Shown: positions 52,801-61,847 of the stretch, in pieces
How the letters are laid out: every line of letters starts with the position of its first letter
How positions within the stretch are numbered: position 1 is the stretch's first letter
NCBI RefSeq assembly: GCF_964355755.1
Contig: NC_092671.1
Coordinates: 20,646,001-20,710,000, forward strand
Length of the DNA stretch: 64,000 nucleotides
Direction: 5' to 3'
Source of the DNA: Antedon mediterranea
Lineage: Eukaryota > Animalia > Echinodermata
Notes under the pieces: generated by a model
Database searches by the model: none
The model's input: the letters and a program-made list of their open reading frames with translations, nothing else
Told to the model about the DNA's origin: nothing
Made by a program: the position numbers and the translations under genes

Positions 52801-55800
52801 TATTATTAGAGTAGTGGGTTATTATTATAGATTTACTTATAAGGTGGGTTACTATTAGAAGAGAGGTTACTGTTAGAAGATTTACAGTATTTTTCACATT
52901 TTTAACTGTTTGAAGATAGAAAAATTATTTACAAATTATACATACAGTATCTATTAAATAGTTTGTGATCTTAAATTAAAAATGTAGTGAAAGTGTCTCC
53001 TTTCTCATTCAAATATATAGATCCACAATGTTTAGCTTCAATTTTTACTTGTTTTATGTCAATAAACTTTAATGTTACCTTTGATTCTTGTAAATGTCTA
53101 GTTCGATTTGTAAGAGGGCTGTAACCTGATTTTCAACAACTCCATCTACCTGCTCTTCCAATATAGCATCTTTAACAGTTCTACATAATTGATTTAAAAA
53201 CATACAGTAGTATTAAAGGCTCAAAATCAATAATAAAATTAAAGACTTCATATTGAAAATTCATCTATTATTTTTTATTCAGATAACAAACAAACATGCC
53301 AATCCACAAAAACCTTTGTAATGCTTCGGCGGCATAGCTAGCGCGCGACCGATACACAATGCGCCAAACCATCGCTGTACGCGCTACTGTGATGCACGGT
53401 GTATGTTATTTCGACAGGTACCATTTTGACAATAGTTCGTAACCAGATTAGTTAATTTCAAAAAGTAAAATATTGACGGTCCAGACCGAATATAGTGTCC
53501 ATAGTTATAGTATACCAATAATTAACCTATCTACCGGATTTCGTAAAAAAACGCGAAACACGAAGATCTTCGTGGTTGGCAGTCAAGCGTTGTGTTTGGC
53601 AGTCAAAGTGTTAATGAGGGTGATCCATCCAGCTATTGCTGATCATTAGGGACCCTCAGAGGTTCACAAGACAAACATAACACAAGATGCTCTACATAAA
53701 CAAAGTCTTATTACAAGTCTTTGGGAGTGGAGTAATTTGGTCCTTAGAAAAAATCCTGACATGTGACGGGACTTGAACCCAGGACCCTTAGAGTGGTAGC
53801 CAAGCATCATAACTAACAAGCCACAACTCCACTCGGCATGATGTTCCACCATCCATGACTAAGTTATTGTAATTCCCATAATTAACAAATAATTATTGTC
53901 CGATTGCTTTAGCCGGTGTTTCCTCTAGGGTTTTTAAGTGCATTTTAGTTGATTTATGCAATGATTCTTTTACTAATGATCGCCAATTTGCTTTTAAACC
54001 TAATCACTCTACAGATATGTATATTTTAATCTTGAAACAGACTGTGGATTATTATAATTGTAACGGCAGTCCTGTGTTTGCATGTTTTTAGATTTTTCCA
54101 TGGCCTTTGATCGTATTTATTATTATAGATTATTTTGTAAACTTATATATTCCTATAATGTGCATATTGACATTGTCCGTGTTCTTGTTTGTTACTATTT
54201 TAATCAAAGATTTTCTGTTAAGTGGGGTATTTGTGTTTCATATGATTTTTCTTTTAGCAATGGTGTTTGGCAGGGAGGGGTTCTTTCACCTTTACTGTAC
54301 AATTCTTATGTTGATGACTTGACTGCAAATATTTCTAATTCTTGATATGGATGTGAAATAAATAATATAAAATTAAATAATTTATGCTATGCAGATGATA
54401 TGGTCCTTCTAGCTCCCTCTATCACTGCACTACAGTACTTTGCTAAGGACCATGATATTTTGTACAATACTAAAAAGACTGTGTATTACTTTTTTTCCTT
54501 CTAATAATTTTAATCCTATTGTTTCCTTGTGTGGCAATCAGCTTAATTTTGTTAGGAATTTTATGTATCTTTGTCATTTGTTATTTTTCAATCTAAGTGA
54601 TAATATCGTGTCATACTGTAACTTTTCGAAGTGTTCTGATTCTGTTAATATAAAGCTATATTCAAATTAATTATTTCAAATCTTATTGTATGAGTTTCTA
54701 CTGTTGTACTCTTTTGTTTAATTTCACTAAGCGAGCTTTTGTAATTCTCTTAAAATGTGTTATAATAATTCTTTACACATGTTGTTGAATATGAGTAAAT
54801 ATTGTACTTAGTGCTTTCTATGTTTGTTAAATTTGGTATTCCCCCTCTTTTAAAAACAAAAATTTGGTTTTTGGGATGTTAACAGTTAAACCAATAAATT
54901 GTAGGTTAAAAACAGTATCACATAAGCATATAGTAAATGATTAATGTATATATCATCAATTTGAATTTTACTTCTTGAACTAGTAGGATTTAGAGAATTT
55001 ATGAAAAAAAGAGAAAAGCAGGGAGTGGTGATCCTTGCTGGATACAAACATTTCAGCAAAATGTATATCTACTAGTCTTGTAGTTACATAATTAACTTGT
55101 GCCGATAATTTAGAGTACATTGAAATAATAGTGTTAAAAATTTTACCAATTTTATAAATTAAAAAAATTATGATTAACCGAATCAAATGTTTTTTTAAAG
55201 TCAATGAACGTCATAAAAACTGTTATAAATAAATAGTGTTTATAAAAATATTGTCAATAATATGGTAATTTTTCCGAAAACCCACTTAGTTAATATATGC
55301 TGGTGCTTTTCCAGATTTAAGAGATATAAAGTTTGCAATACACCACAAATGTAGTTCGGAAAAGAACTGTTGAGTTTCAATCAATATGCTTCAATCAATT
55401 GTCCTCAGGAGAAGAATGATCAACTTAAATTTGGTTACAAACATGTTTTGGTGAAGACTCTTAACATCATCGGCTAAAGTTTAGACATACGATAGTGACA
55501 AAAACTCAAATATATATTTACTTCAATGGATTTATTGAAGGTCTAAATAACTGTGTAATATAATTGTGTGTGTTAGTTAAAAATAACCTCTAATTAACAC
55601 CATGAAAAAAATCCCATTCATTACAGACAATATAATACCTTGTTTGGATTTCCTCTTGGCCATTTTTTACACTATCCCTTTTACATTTAATCCACAGTTC
55701 GACAGTAGACTTCAGTACCAGCTCTGTGGTTGACATCAATGCTATGGACTTCTCTAAGCTTGCGATGGCATCACTAAGAAAGCCTGCCTTTCTCTGGCAG

Positions 55801-58800
55801 TCAGCAAGTAATTCTAACTTTGTGAAAAGTCGAATCTATAAAACAAAGGACATTAGGTTGTACCTAAACTGTGTCTGGTAATAATTAAGCAATTTGTAAA
55901 TATAATGGTAACATTTTGAACTATTGCATTTTCATTAGAGAGGGCTGTCCTGACCCACTGACCCACATCATTTCAGGTACCCTTTCCCTCTCCCAGAGTG
56001 AAAAGCGAAAGAAAAATTTATCACAACTATATAATTTTGGTCTTTTCAATTCTTGGTAGTTTATTATCCCTGTACTCGAGTGACCCTTTCTGATAAGAGT
56101 CTTTATTTTCTGATGCCCCATATTTGTAAATAATAATATGTATTTTTATATTCATTAGCCACGTTCACATAATATTTTAATTTTATCGTGCTTTCGCATC
56201 GTGATATATCAAGTTAACAGGAAGAGCGTTCACATAAAATTGGACATCATGATATAAGTATGTTAATGAGGTGCACTGATGCGTGAAAGGCCAAACACAC
56301 ATGTTTGGAGCACACGTGGGAAGGGATTGTTGATGTTTTTGTAGTGTGGGCCTCTATGTAGTAGCTAGCCAGCAGGTATTTCATTCTTTAATCGTCTAAC
56401 TACTGTAACTTGATGTACAGTATGATGTCCGAAACGATAGTGGGTTAAACATAAGTAATTTAACTATCTTCAAAGCAAAAAAACTTTTTGAAGCTGGCGG
56501 TCAAAGAAATCAAACCAACAACAATGGTGACTTCTTCCGGTGGGTGGCATTAAATAACCAAGCGCTGATTGGTTAAATTTCGTCTCTGCATATAACGATG
56601 TCTAATATATCATGATAACTTCGCAATGGGTTTGGCAAAAATAAGGACTTCAAAGTTATTAATATATTATAAAAGTTATAACCCTTCAAAAATGGTTCCA
56701 AATATAATTTGCCAACTTCAACGGACCATAACTTTTGAATGGATTATCCGATTTCAATCATTTAAATTGCAAAAGTTTGGTTCAGTAAGTTCCTTTTGAT
56801 TAACTGAAAGAAAATGTACCTTCACTAAGTAGGGGAACCTAGTACAGTAGAAGCGCCATGCCAGCTCTTTGAAATTTGTATAACTTTGACGAAAGAAATA
56901 AAAAAACTACTTTTTAATTTTAACTGGCCATATGATAACGTCAAAACATACATGAATTCTTATCTACATTTCAGAAGCTTTCATATTAACTTATAAGTCT
57001 CAAGGTCACCTTTAATTAGGTATCCCAACTTTTTAGAATGTAGTGTATATCGTATTGATATAATTATTTGATTCTTAGGTATAATTTGAAATATGAAAAA
57101 AATTAATAATTAACTATAATTCACTAGGTGAAATTACTGGACCCACATAATGTTGAAATTTTTTGGGTATGATAACGTTATCAAAAACAACGTGAAATTT
57201 GGGATGTAGAAGCGCAGTGATTTAAAAATTGTATAACTTTGACGAAAGAAATGAAAAAACTACTTTTTAACTTCAACTGGGTATATGACACAACATACGA
57301 TAGGCTTAATTTTTATATGAATTCATATCTACTGTACATTTCATCAGCTTCCATAATAAATTATAATCATCAAGGTCAGCTTTAATTCTGAAGAGCTGAG
57401 ATATTCAAATATACGCTAAAGGTGAAATTACACGGCCTACATTATTACATTTTTAGGCGAGATGACTTCATCAAAATGAAAATTATGGCAATTCATGAGA
57501 AAGATAATTGATTGAACAAGCACATACTGAAATTTCAGAAAAAATCGGGCTCAAATAACCGAGATGCGCTCAGTTGAATGTGATAACCTACAAAAAAGAT
57601 AAAAAATCCTAATTTTAAAATTCAAGTTGCCATTTGATGTCACAACATTTTTTTATGTAAAATGTTTACATGAATTTATATCTACAACTCAATGGCTTCC
57701 AGAATCGTGCATTCTGAACAATTATTTTCATTTTAAAAATGCCTTTTATTTTTTTACCATTTTCAGCACTTTTGTGCAATTAATGTGTGCACTTCGTCAT
57801 TTTTAACCTGCTCGTATAGCGTTATTTTAAGTCGGAATGGACTCAAATTTGGTGAATGTACTAAGGATGGCAAGTAGAATGCGCTTTGGTAAAAAAATAT
57901 ATATTTTTACGACTTCTAAGTATTGCGCTCGCTTGTGCAGTAAATTTGTTAAACATGCAAATGGCCTAATTCATGTTCTAAATTGATAAAAACTTAATTG
58001 TTCATGGTGTACATGTGTGTTTTTATTTGCTAATATTTTTACCCTTGACCTGAAGTTTATGTATTGAATCTGATTGATATGAGATGAGTTATGAAGATAT
58101 GATTGTTAATGTGATTTTACAAAATTATGTATAAATGACTTCACAGATAAATGATCACGCTGAAAAGCTTATTAGGATTAAAGTCTGTTTACCTGTCGAC
58201 GTTAGTTAACGCTATCAAGTATCATCGTTAATCGGTAAAAGTTCAACGATGTTGAAACTCCTGTCGTCTTTCTCGACGTCATCGTAACGCGAAAAATGAA
58301 TAGAGGACTCCCCTGCCTCTCACAGTGTAGAAGACGTGGGCCTAGGCATGCTACTATCTCTATAATGATGGTTCTTCGTTCTCAGTAGGCCTATCTTAGT
58401 CCAAATAGCATTTTGGACTAGCCTGAAGACTTAGAACTACCTAATATCCCCACGCCCACTTTCTGGAACATCATTTTATAGTCACTTTGGCAAGACTAGG
58501 ACTAGCTTTGACCGCGCCGCGATGCAACAAAAATAAATGTAGTCAGCAGATTTTTGCATCAATTACGTGACGTCATGTGCTGTATATTTAGTGTAGCGAT
58601 ATCGCTATAGTTGAACTGGATTCAACTCTTGCGATTGTCAACGATCGCGACTTGATTACCGTAGATTATTACACTTTTTCCTGTATATCGCTGACGATTT
58701 GTATTGCCGTCGTCAGTTAAAAAATACTTTTTCCTGTAAATCGTTAAAATTTTAATATTTACATAAGAGATCGCCGATTATTGTTAACGATAGCGTTGAA

Positions 58801-60886
58801 TAACATCAACATGAAAACATGCTTTAGTTAAATTATTTGAAAGATATTGTGAAATTTTGGTGATAATTAACCTTCAACTTTTTCAGTTACACAAAAAAAA
58901 AACTAAGAATAACAATAATAAAGATTTCATACAATAAAATGTGATCATTTTATTCTAAATGATCACCTAATAATGGAGGACAAGATTTTGAGAAGAAACA
59001 AAAAAGTTATCAGTTGAGGGTCGTGCAAAACATTATTCATATGCTGAGAACATAATTAAACAGCCGAGTTAAAATGTGCATACCTCTTGTAAATTATCAA
59101 TGTTCATACACTGTCCTTTGATACACCATTTACGAAGCTGATTACATGCAAGGCTAAGTGGCAATATAGCATCTTTATACCACTCCTGGCGGTAAATCAA
59201 TAGACCTAAATTAAATGCATTGCAACCTGTAGGAGAAAATAGACAAATTTAAATGAACTGATGTATGTTATTGTCAGTAAATACAAGTACAGAAACAGTC
59301 TTTATAACGAGACACTATATTACTATAGCATAAGGACCATTTGCATGATGTTTAAATTGTTGTAACTACTGTTTTCCTTCTTGAGTGAGTTATTACTAAT
59401 CAGTACTACCTAATAAATATTATCCTTTGTTTAACTCACCAAGCCAACGATGTTCATTAGTTTGTACACTTCCACCTCTTCCTGAAGAGACTTGTTCGAT
59501 TAGGGAGACATGTTTTTGTAGTACCATAACTACTTTACCAATAATACTCTTTGGCTCCAAACAGTTGTGTTCTATCATTCTTTTCTCATCTAACTGAAAT
59601 ATAAGAATATTGGCCAAAAGATGTAGGACACTCAACTGTCGCTTGACATTCATCTGCTGCTTAGTATGTTTTAGTTTACCAACTTCTTTATTTGATGTCA
59701 TTTTAGAAATAATTACTTGTTGAAATTCTAATATTTTCACATTTGAAATCAGAAAGTCAACAAACACATCTGAAAAATCATCATTGTACAGATTTTTGTC
59801 TTTTGCATCATTGTAGATAGTTGCTATTGTGTACTTTCTGATCATCTCTAATGCTTCTACAAGACTTTCAGCCAAGTGATCGTTCAACATGTTTTTCTCA
59901 AACAGTTTTGTGATAACATTGAGAAAGTTCTTCATTACAACAATAATTCCAGCTACATTTTGTATAATCAGCTTTTGTTGTTTCCCTTCCTGTTTTTTAT
60001 TCACAGTATGGAATTCGAACATAATCAAACATTGAAGAAGCTCCAAAATTGAGTGAAAAACATCAACATTGTAATTCACACCCACTTTTGCTTCATTGAA
60101 CTCTTTCCTAATAAATTCAAGGGTATATTTAGCTTGTGATGTATCATGGAGAAAACTACAGAATTTAACAGTTTGGATTCCAAGACGAATTACAGAACTC
60201 AATTGTTTTTCCAAAAGAGTTTCCTGTTTTGAAAAATGTTTGCTATTTGCTATATGTGTAATTGATCCATTAAAGAATTTAACCAGAATCTTCCATTTCT
60301 CTGTTTGATCCAATTTATAAGAACCCTTTTCAAATTCAGTTCCACTCTTAAGTATCAAATCAACAACATTACTCAGTGGCATATTGGATAATAGAAGAAA
60401 CGACAAAGCTTGTTGTCGAAACTGCAAAACCAAATGGAGTTTAGATGAGTTCTGTTTTGCTTCGGAAATTTCTAATTCAACACAAGCCTTCCATAATAGG
60501 TTGTATGATTGCTTAGCAACAGTGTCATAATCATTTTCAACTGTGTCTTCTTGAAAGTGTTCCGAGTGACATTCTTGCATCTGCTTCAATAGATTTTCTG
60601 AAAATGCCAAACCATCTAGAAATAACCCCTTTTTCAGAATCTGTGACACATTATGAAAAAGGAGTTTCTCCAAGGCTAATGGCGATGTTTTCATCATGTT
60701 TTTGGCAATAAGTAAAGAACTATAGGCAGTGTTGCAAATCACAATGAGGCTAGCTAGCATTGGATTGTTTGGATTGCAGTCAGTCCAGCATTGCACACAT
60801 ACATGTAGCAGCTTCATAGCAAACAACCCATATTTGTTTGCCTTTTCTCTACATCTTTTCTGATTGTGAAGAGGAGCAAGATATGC
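10624..60886 (-). CDS. ESPL1: Separase (separin, peptidase C50); 21 coding exons, 5'-partial (ATG exon not found)
   Basis: C50 motifs [56 protein letters not shown]. All introns are GT-AG with matching phases. Exon lengths sum to 6876 nt, divisible by 3, ending in TGA. Confidence 0.96.
10933..11097 (-). CDS. ESPL1: Separase exon, 165 nt, with the catalytic dyad (YCGHGSG...LMGCSSG)
   Basis: His codon 11085-11087, Cys codon 11007-11009; aag acceptor, gtaagt donor. Confidence 0.96.
11218..11352 (+). mobile_element. 5'-truncated copy of the HH-2 repeat
   Basis: Matches 5871-6015; lacks CTGATGA. Confidence 0.75.
11991..12858. repeat. Imperfect ~870-bp palindrome (foldback/MITE)
   Basis: tatatcaagggtaat..ctaaagggggtttattt versus aaataaaccccctttag..attacccttgatata; inner arms also match. 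Confidence 0.75.
13463..13525 (+). repeat. 17-bp tandem repeat (t[g/a]ttattggttgaataa) x~3.6
   Basis: Read directly from the sequence. Confidence 0.85.
14196..14762. mobile_element. PIF/Harbinger-like MITE
   Basis: TIR taccctttcacacca / tggtgtgaaaggggta; TTA on both flanks; internal ggtgtgaaagg repeats. Confidence 0.75.
15907..16155 (+). mobile_element. Deu/Nin-domain SINE body
   Basis: GGATAAGGACTATAAACCGTAGGTCC..TAAAGAACC..TTCGAGACGAGTAGGGGGTTACCCTGGTGT resembles the Deu core as I recall it; (ATTCA)n-like tail. Confidence 0.65.
17513..17556 (-). ncRNA. Minimal hammerhead ribozyme (HH-4), sense to the separase pre-mRNA
   Basis: GCAC-CTGAAGA-TTGAG(TTCATA)CTCAT-GAAA-CAG(C)CTG-TA/GTGC. Confidence 0.82.
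17994..18037 (+). ncRNA. Inverted copy of hammerhead HH-4
   Basis: Same motif on the plus strand. Confidence 0.82.
18172..18322 (+). mobile_element. 5'-truncated copy of the HH-2 repeat
   Basis: Begins at aagggctagtgttgcccgaaagc; lacks CTGATG. Confidence 0.75.
21138..21221 (-). CDS. ESPL1: Separase exon, 84 nt ([27 protein letters not shown])
   Basis: WxG...P...L..HDLF motif; tag acceptor, gtaagt donor; phases 2/2. Confidence 0.93.
22588..23406. mobile_element. PIF/Harbinger-like MITE, copy 1
   Basis: TIR cgcccgtattcttaaaccg; TAA on both flanks. Confidence 0.85.
24286..24503 (-). CDS. ESPL1: Separase exon, 218 nt (HLQQLPWE...RIPSL...YYVLNP...)
   Basis: LPWE, RxPS and YVLNPxxDL motifs; tag acceptor, gtaag donor. 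Confidence 0.95.
24560..24603. repeat. (ATT)n-like microsatellite
   Basis: Read directly; produces spurious poly-Ile ORFs. Confidence 0.85.
24640..24820 (+). mobile_element. Deu/Nin-domain SINE, internally deleted copy
   Basis: Matches 15907-16155 (gctcatgtgcactttaaagaacctagtacatctttcg). Confidence 0.6.
24923..25111 (-). CDS. ESPL1: Separase exon, 189 nt (...TVILVLDK)
   Basis: VILVLD motif; cag acceptor, gtaagt donor. Confidence 0.93.
25469..25630 (-). CDS. ESPL1: Separase exon, 162 nt ([18 protein letters not shown]...)
   Basis: Conserved ExxLLxxWKG motif; tag acceptor, gtaaat donor. Confidence 0.92.
25785..25922 (-). CDS. ESPL1: Separase exon, 138 nt (...[16 protein letters not shown])
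   Basis: Conserved WWxxRxxLD motif; tag acceptor, gtaac donor. Confidence 0.93.
26360..26496 (-). CDS. ESPL1: Separase exon, 137 nt (WTVVTMAA...LLVSRL...IPVK)
   Basis: tag acceptor, AAA|gtaagt donor, phases 1/0. Confidence 0.9.
27272..27448 (-). mobile_element. tRNA-derived SINE, copy 1
   Basis: A box TGGCTTGGTGG, B box GGTTCAAGTCC; second copy at 53662-53836. Confidence 0.78.
28251..28378 (-). CDS. ESPL1: Separase exon, 128 nt (KLKTDHDIP...QQLPE)
   Basis: cag acceptor, G|gtaag donor, phases 2/1. Confidence 0.85.
28410..28552 (-). mobile_element. Fragment of the Helitron 5' end
   Basis: Matches 41820-41999 (aataactaattatctaa..gaaccaactttatataccatcgagta). Confidence 0.65.
28583..28784 (-). 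CDS. ESPL1: Separase exon, 202 nt (...[11 protein letters not shown]...ANTLRHQ...)
   Basis: Tandem tttcag acceptors (exon start 28784 or 28778, both in frame); AG|gtaag donor. Confidence 0.88.
28981..29410 (+). mobile_element. Penelope-like GIY-YIG C-terminal fragment with a short inverted terminal repeat
   Basis: [42 protein letters not shown]; inverted repeat 28981-29020 versus 29328-29373. Confidence 0.82.
29679..29979. mobile_element. TTAA-flanked TIR MITE (Kolobok-like); inverted copy at ~46652-46978
   Basis: TTAA..tgtattgtcccc / ggggacaataca..TTAA. Confidence 0.65.
30001..32093 (-). CDS. ESPL1: Separase giant exon, 2093 nt, with disordered K/E/D-rich regulatory inserts
   Basis: Overlaps ORF 29987-32077; tag acceptor, G|gtttag donor; [20 protein letters not shown] and EILR motifs. 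Confidence 0.92.
32184..32340 (-). CDS. ESPL1: Separase exon, 157 nt ([18 protein letters not shown]...[15 protein letters not shown]...)
   Basis: cag acceptor, AG|gtattg donor, phases 1/2. Confidence 0.9.
32575..33410. mobile_element. Tc1/mariner-pogo-like non-autonomous element
   Basis: Perfect 27-bp TIR ccgtatatttcggtgtataagtcgcac; TA duplication. Confidence 0.9.
33766..35651. repeat. ~1.9-kb foldback palindrome built from internal subrepeats
   Basis: catcacacctctgtcactcatcccgat versus atcgggatgagtgacataggtgtgatg; symmetry centre near 34560. Confidence 0.8.
35887..36016. repeat. ~130-bp hairpin of a non-autonomous DNA element
   Basis: caccctgcttgttc..gttttggttccatattcca / tggaatatggaaccaaaac..gaacaagcagggtg. 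Confidence 0.8.
36188..36976. mobile_element. PIF/Harbinger-like MITE, copy 2 (inverted relative to 22588-23406)
   Basis: Same TIR and reverse-complement interior; TCA/TAA flanks. Confidence 0.85.
37157..37463 (-). CDS. ESPL1: Separase exon, 307 nt ([10 protein letters not shown]...PENIG)
   Basis: Lies within ORF 37134-37463; tag acceptor, G|gtaaaa donor. Confidence 0.87.
37734..38517 (+). mobile_element. Helentron-associated (HINE-like) element with an internal ~114-bp tandem duplication
   Basis: 5' aactag..tacctccgcc; 3' hairpin acctccttggcggaggt; (ACAA/ACAG)n tract; duplicated block in 38271-38500. Confidence 0.62.
38705..39990. mobile_element. pogo/Tigger-like non-autonomous element
   Basis: TA-cagtcaact..aataccggac / gtccggtatt..agttgactg-TA. 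Confidence 0.8.
40172..40396 (-). CDS. ESPL1: Separase exon, 225 nt ([10 protein letters not shown]...FLYSGK)
   Basis: tag acceptor, AAG|gtagag donor, phases 0/0, open frame. Confidence 0.8.
40581..41999 (-). mobile_element. Non-autonomous Helitron, copy 1
   Basis: Minus strand A|TCTATATAT ... 11-bp hairpin agatggtacgc/gcgtaccatct ... CTAG|T; internal tandem repeats at 41120-41350. Confidence 0.82.
42210..43643 (-). mobile_element. Non-autonomous Helitron, copy 2
   Basis: Same termini and body as copy 1; hairpin partly deleted; middle segment differs. Confidence 0.8.
43954..44223 (-). CDS. ESPL1: Separase exon, 270 nt (VYETIKQDE...AAIYFLQNQ)
   Basis: cag acceptor, CAG|gtaaat donor, phases 0/0. 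Confidence 0.87.
45526..45691 (-). CDS. ESPL1: Separase exon, 166 nt ([14 protein letters not shown]...AYFWLYVC...)
   Basis: tag acceptor, CAG|gtaaat donor; an alternative in-frame donor would end the exon at 45535. Confidence 0.85.
46652..46978. mobile_element. Inverted copy of the 29679-29979 MITE
   Basis: Reverse-complement match (ttggctggcagccaattt; ataactattatgttacat). Confidence 0.65.
47115..47255 (-). CDS. ESPL1: Separase exon, 141 nt ([18 protein letters not shown]...)
   Basis: cag acceptor, TT|gtgagt donor, phases 2/2; CDLLE resembles vertebrate separase. Confidence 0.87.
47375..47660 (+). mobile_element. Degraded LINE 3' fragment
   Basis: [29 protein letters not shown]. Confidence 0.7.
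48247..52228 (+). mobile_element. Apparently intact CR1-group (CR1/L2/Crack-like) non-LTR retrotransposon
   Basis: Single uninterrupted 1115-aa ORF; 3' UTR motif ggacccaagtggaaataag..cttgg; AATAAA and (aaattca)2 tail; 5' boundary approximate. Confidence 0.85.
48416..51763 (+). CDS. LINE polyprotein: 2A-like peptide, PHD finger, APE endonuclease, reverse transcriptase
   Basis: DIETNPGP; C4HC3 CAVC..CTDC..H..C..CPRC; HLNARS/TETWL/GDFN/IDH/SDH; [22 protein letters not shown]. Confidence 0.95.
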   Translation: MILLGLGLVWLLTFGSLREAPYQGFGSLTDVNKVGLANFQSSQLRNRYGAPCMYYTNHTATFNGTLITAGDIETNPGPVKNPCAVCERPVARNHRYVQCTDCLKDCHLKCGRIDLKQNCSLNWICPRCLILQISPYIMDTEIIDSDNINVPRPENINDIVDLAVFKNKGLHLIHLNARSLLPKLSELKLIAINTKADVICVTETWLHASITDDEIKMNGYSSVRCDRKSDAHGGTLIYIKDSLAFNEVPVTAISNLESVWIDIILPKSKPILIGCVYRPPNQHCFIEDFNTLIGGNEKETIILGDFNINVLDRKNPLTKQYEELLNNHGMDQLIKEPSRITSTSSTLIDHILCNNKDTITHSGILKYGLSDHFITFCIRKKSRAKLNEHKYAEFRSLKNYTPELLNSALSENIDWSNVYNSNDVNIAFKNFHQHLITLIDKIAPMKRIRIKSRTEEWMTGDILSLLRERDRLLKRFTNNKTHLDIYEDYVKIRNLVQISIKNAKADFIKTKILENKAKPKELWRTLKNLGYSNKNISDAKIVLKNGDSTINDPKGIATEFNRFFTHVAQDLRNKLPQQSNQYLPGSSYFKTHYDKKNITKFKLDPVSEEFVEKYLSSLNPNKATGPDNIPARFLKDGATFLKGPLTHIINLSLKTEIVPDQFKIAKVKPIFKKGDRTDTNNYRPVSLLSCTSKILEKAVYVQLARHLEDNDVITDSQSGFREGFSTETCLTHLLDHVKSKMANGFLTGMVLLDIRKAFDSVDHFILCDKLRRIGCDSTKWFRSYLSNRKQFVEIKGGKSKNMAIAHGVPQGSILGPLLFLVYINDVVSSVESKCKVLLYADDCAILYSDRNPNTISAVLSASLNLCNDWLIDNRLTIHPGKTECILLGTKRRLKNVSFQLNALECDIKSTESVRYLGVQIDQQASGNLIANSVITSANSRLKFMYRQSKYLDFGSRKLLSSALIQPLFDYASPAWYNDSSQVHKLRLQTTQNKIFRFITQSDSRSHVGQSELKSIGYLNVPERVKFKCLCNVYKIFNNSAPMYLNSNFVRIVDYHSRRTRSATNLYFRIPIIKGCEQKTFYYNSIKAWNAIPLYVKSNISLENFKLSLKKHLLNI
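52229..52615 (+). mobile_element. Second, degraded LINE 3' end
   Basis: [33 protein letters not shown] followed by a hairpin and an A-rich tail. Confidence 0.62.
53079..53180 (-). CDS. ESPL1: Separase exon, 102 nt ([10 protein letters not shown]...[12 protein letters not shown])
   Basis: tag acceptor, AG|gtaac donor, phases 2/2. Confidence 0.83.
53662..53836 (-). mobile_element. tRNA-derived SINE, copy 2
   Basis: Matches 27272-27448. Confidence 0.78.
53870..54810 (+). mobile_element. Degraded LINE RT (RTE-X-like)
   Basis: [47 protein letters not shown], with stop codons. Confidence 0.8.
54850..55500 (-). mobile_element. Highly degraded LINE RT fragment
   Basis: [15 protein letters not shown] and QQG remnants across frameshifts. 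Confidence 0.5.
55639..55835 (-). CDS. ESPL1: Separase exon, 197 nt ([16 protein letters not shown]...[10 protein letters not shown]...)
   Basis: tag acceptor, AG|gtatta donor, open frame, phases 0/2. Confidence 0.85.
59084..59226 (-). CDS. ESPL1: Separase exon, 143 nt ([11 protein letters not shown]...NLQE)
   Basis: cag acceptor, GAG|gtatgc donor, open frame, phases 1/0. Confidence 0.85.
59440..60886 (-). CDS. ESPL1: Separase exon, 1447 nt ([10 protein letters not shown]...EHRWL), first coding exon found
   Basis: Lies within ORF 59420-60928; tttcag acceptor; G|gtgagt donor (phase 1). Confidence 0.88.
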
Positions 60887-61847
60887 CTGAAAGAAATAAA
60901 TAAGAATAACAACCATGAGGTAGAACATTGTAATAAAGTAACATTCAATTCTCTTGTAAATTAATCTATATTTTATTATCTAGAGTTTGTACATTTTTTA
61001 TACATACTGTATATTAATTCTGTACACATTTTTTACTTGGATTCAAGTTAGCGGCCAAAATGCCCACTTTTGTTCGTAAAAAAAATGTTTACTATTGCAC
61101 ACATCATCTTTAGACACTTTTTATTCTAAGGAGCTATAATAACTGATTGAAATTTACTGTAAAGATTAAAATATGTGACCCAGGTTATTCAAGTTTTTGA
61201 CATGATGGCATCAAAATTAAAATGTCTCTAACTCTTACGAAAGATAATTGATTGAGCAAGAAAATATTAAATCTGGGTGAAAAATTAAAAAGCTAGAGTA
61301 TAACTTTATAAGAGATTTCAAATAGGCATTATTTTGACAAGTTTTTAAAATAAAATGCGCCAAAATTATCTAATAAAGACGTATTGGTAGGGAAAAAAGT
61401 GGAAATGATCTCATTTTTTTTAATGACTAGGAATTGACAATTGGAAAAATATAATGTATATAACATTTAGCATAACCGAAATAAAACGGGATCGATATCA
61501 ATGCAACCAATATGAAACAGCGTATCTAGCGGCACTACATACAAAAGACCAGACCGAAATAAAACCGAGTAAATTCTGTATCGGAATATCAAACAAGTTA
61601 AGTTAAATAACATGCAATTCATTAAAATGTAATTCAGAGCCATATATAAGAGTTACGACATTGGATTAAAGTCACGTGATATGCAAATCAAATTGTGTCA
61701 AACTTGTCTCCATTAATGTATGTAAAGTACAGGAGCAACAAAATACTTTCAACTTTTTCTTATATTTAAAAAAATGAAATAATGATGTGCACAGCGTACA
61801 AAAGTACTTTGGGGCAAAGAATATTGTGCGCGCGTGCGCTAGTATAC

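Larger units (their letters stand above)
48103..52887. mobile_element. TA-flanked MITE interrupted by LINE sequences
   Basis: TA-ctgtaaaacttctaattgtaacc / ggttactgttagaagatttacag-TA; gggttactatt subrepeats at both ends. Confidence 0.65.
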
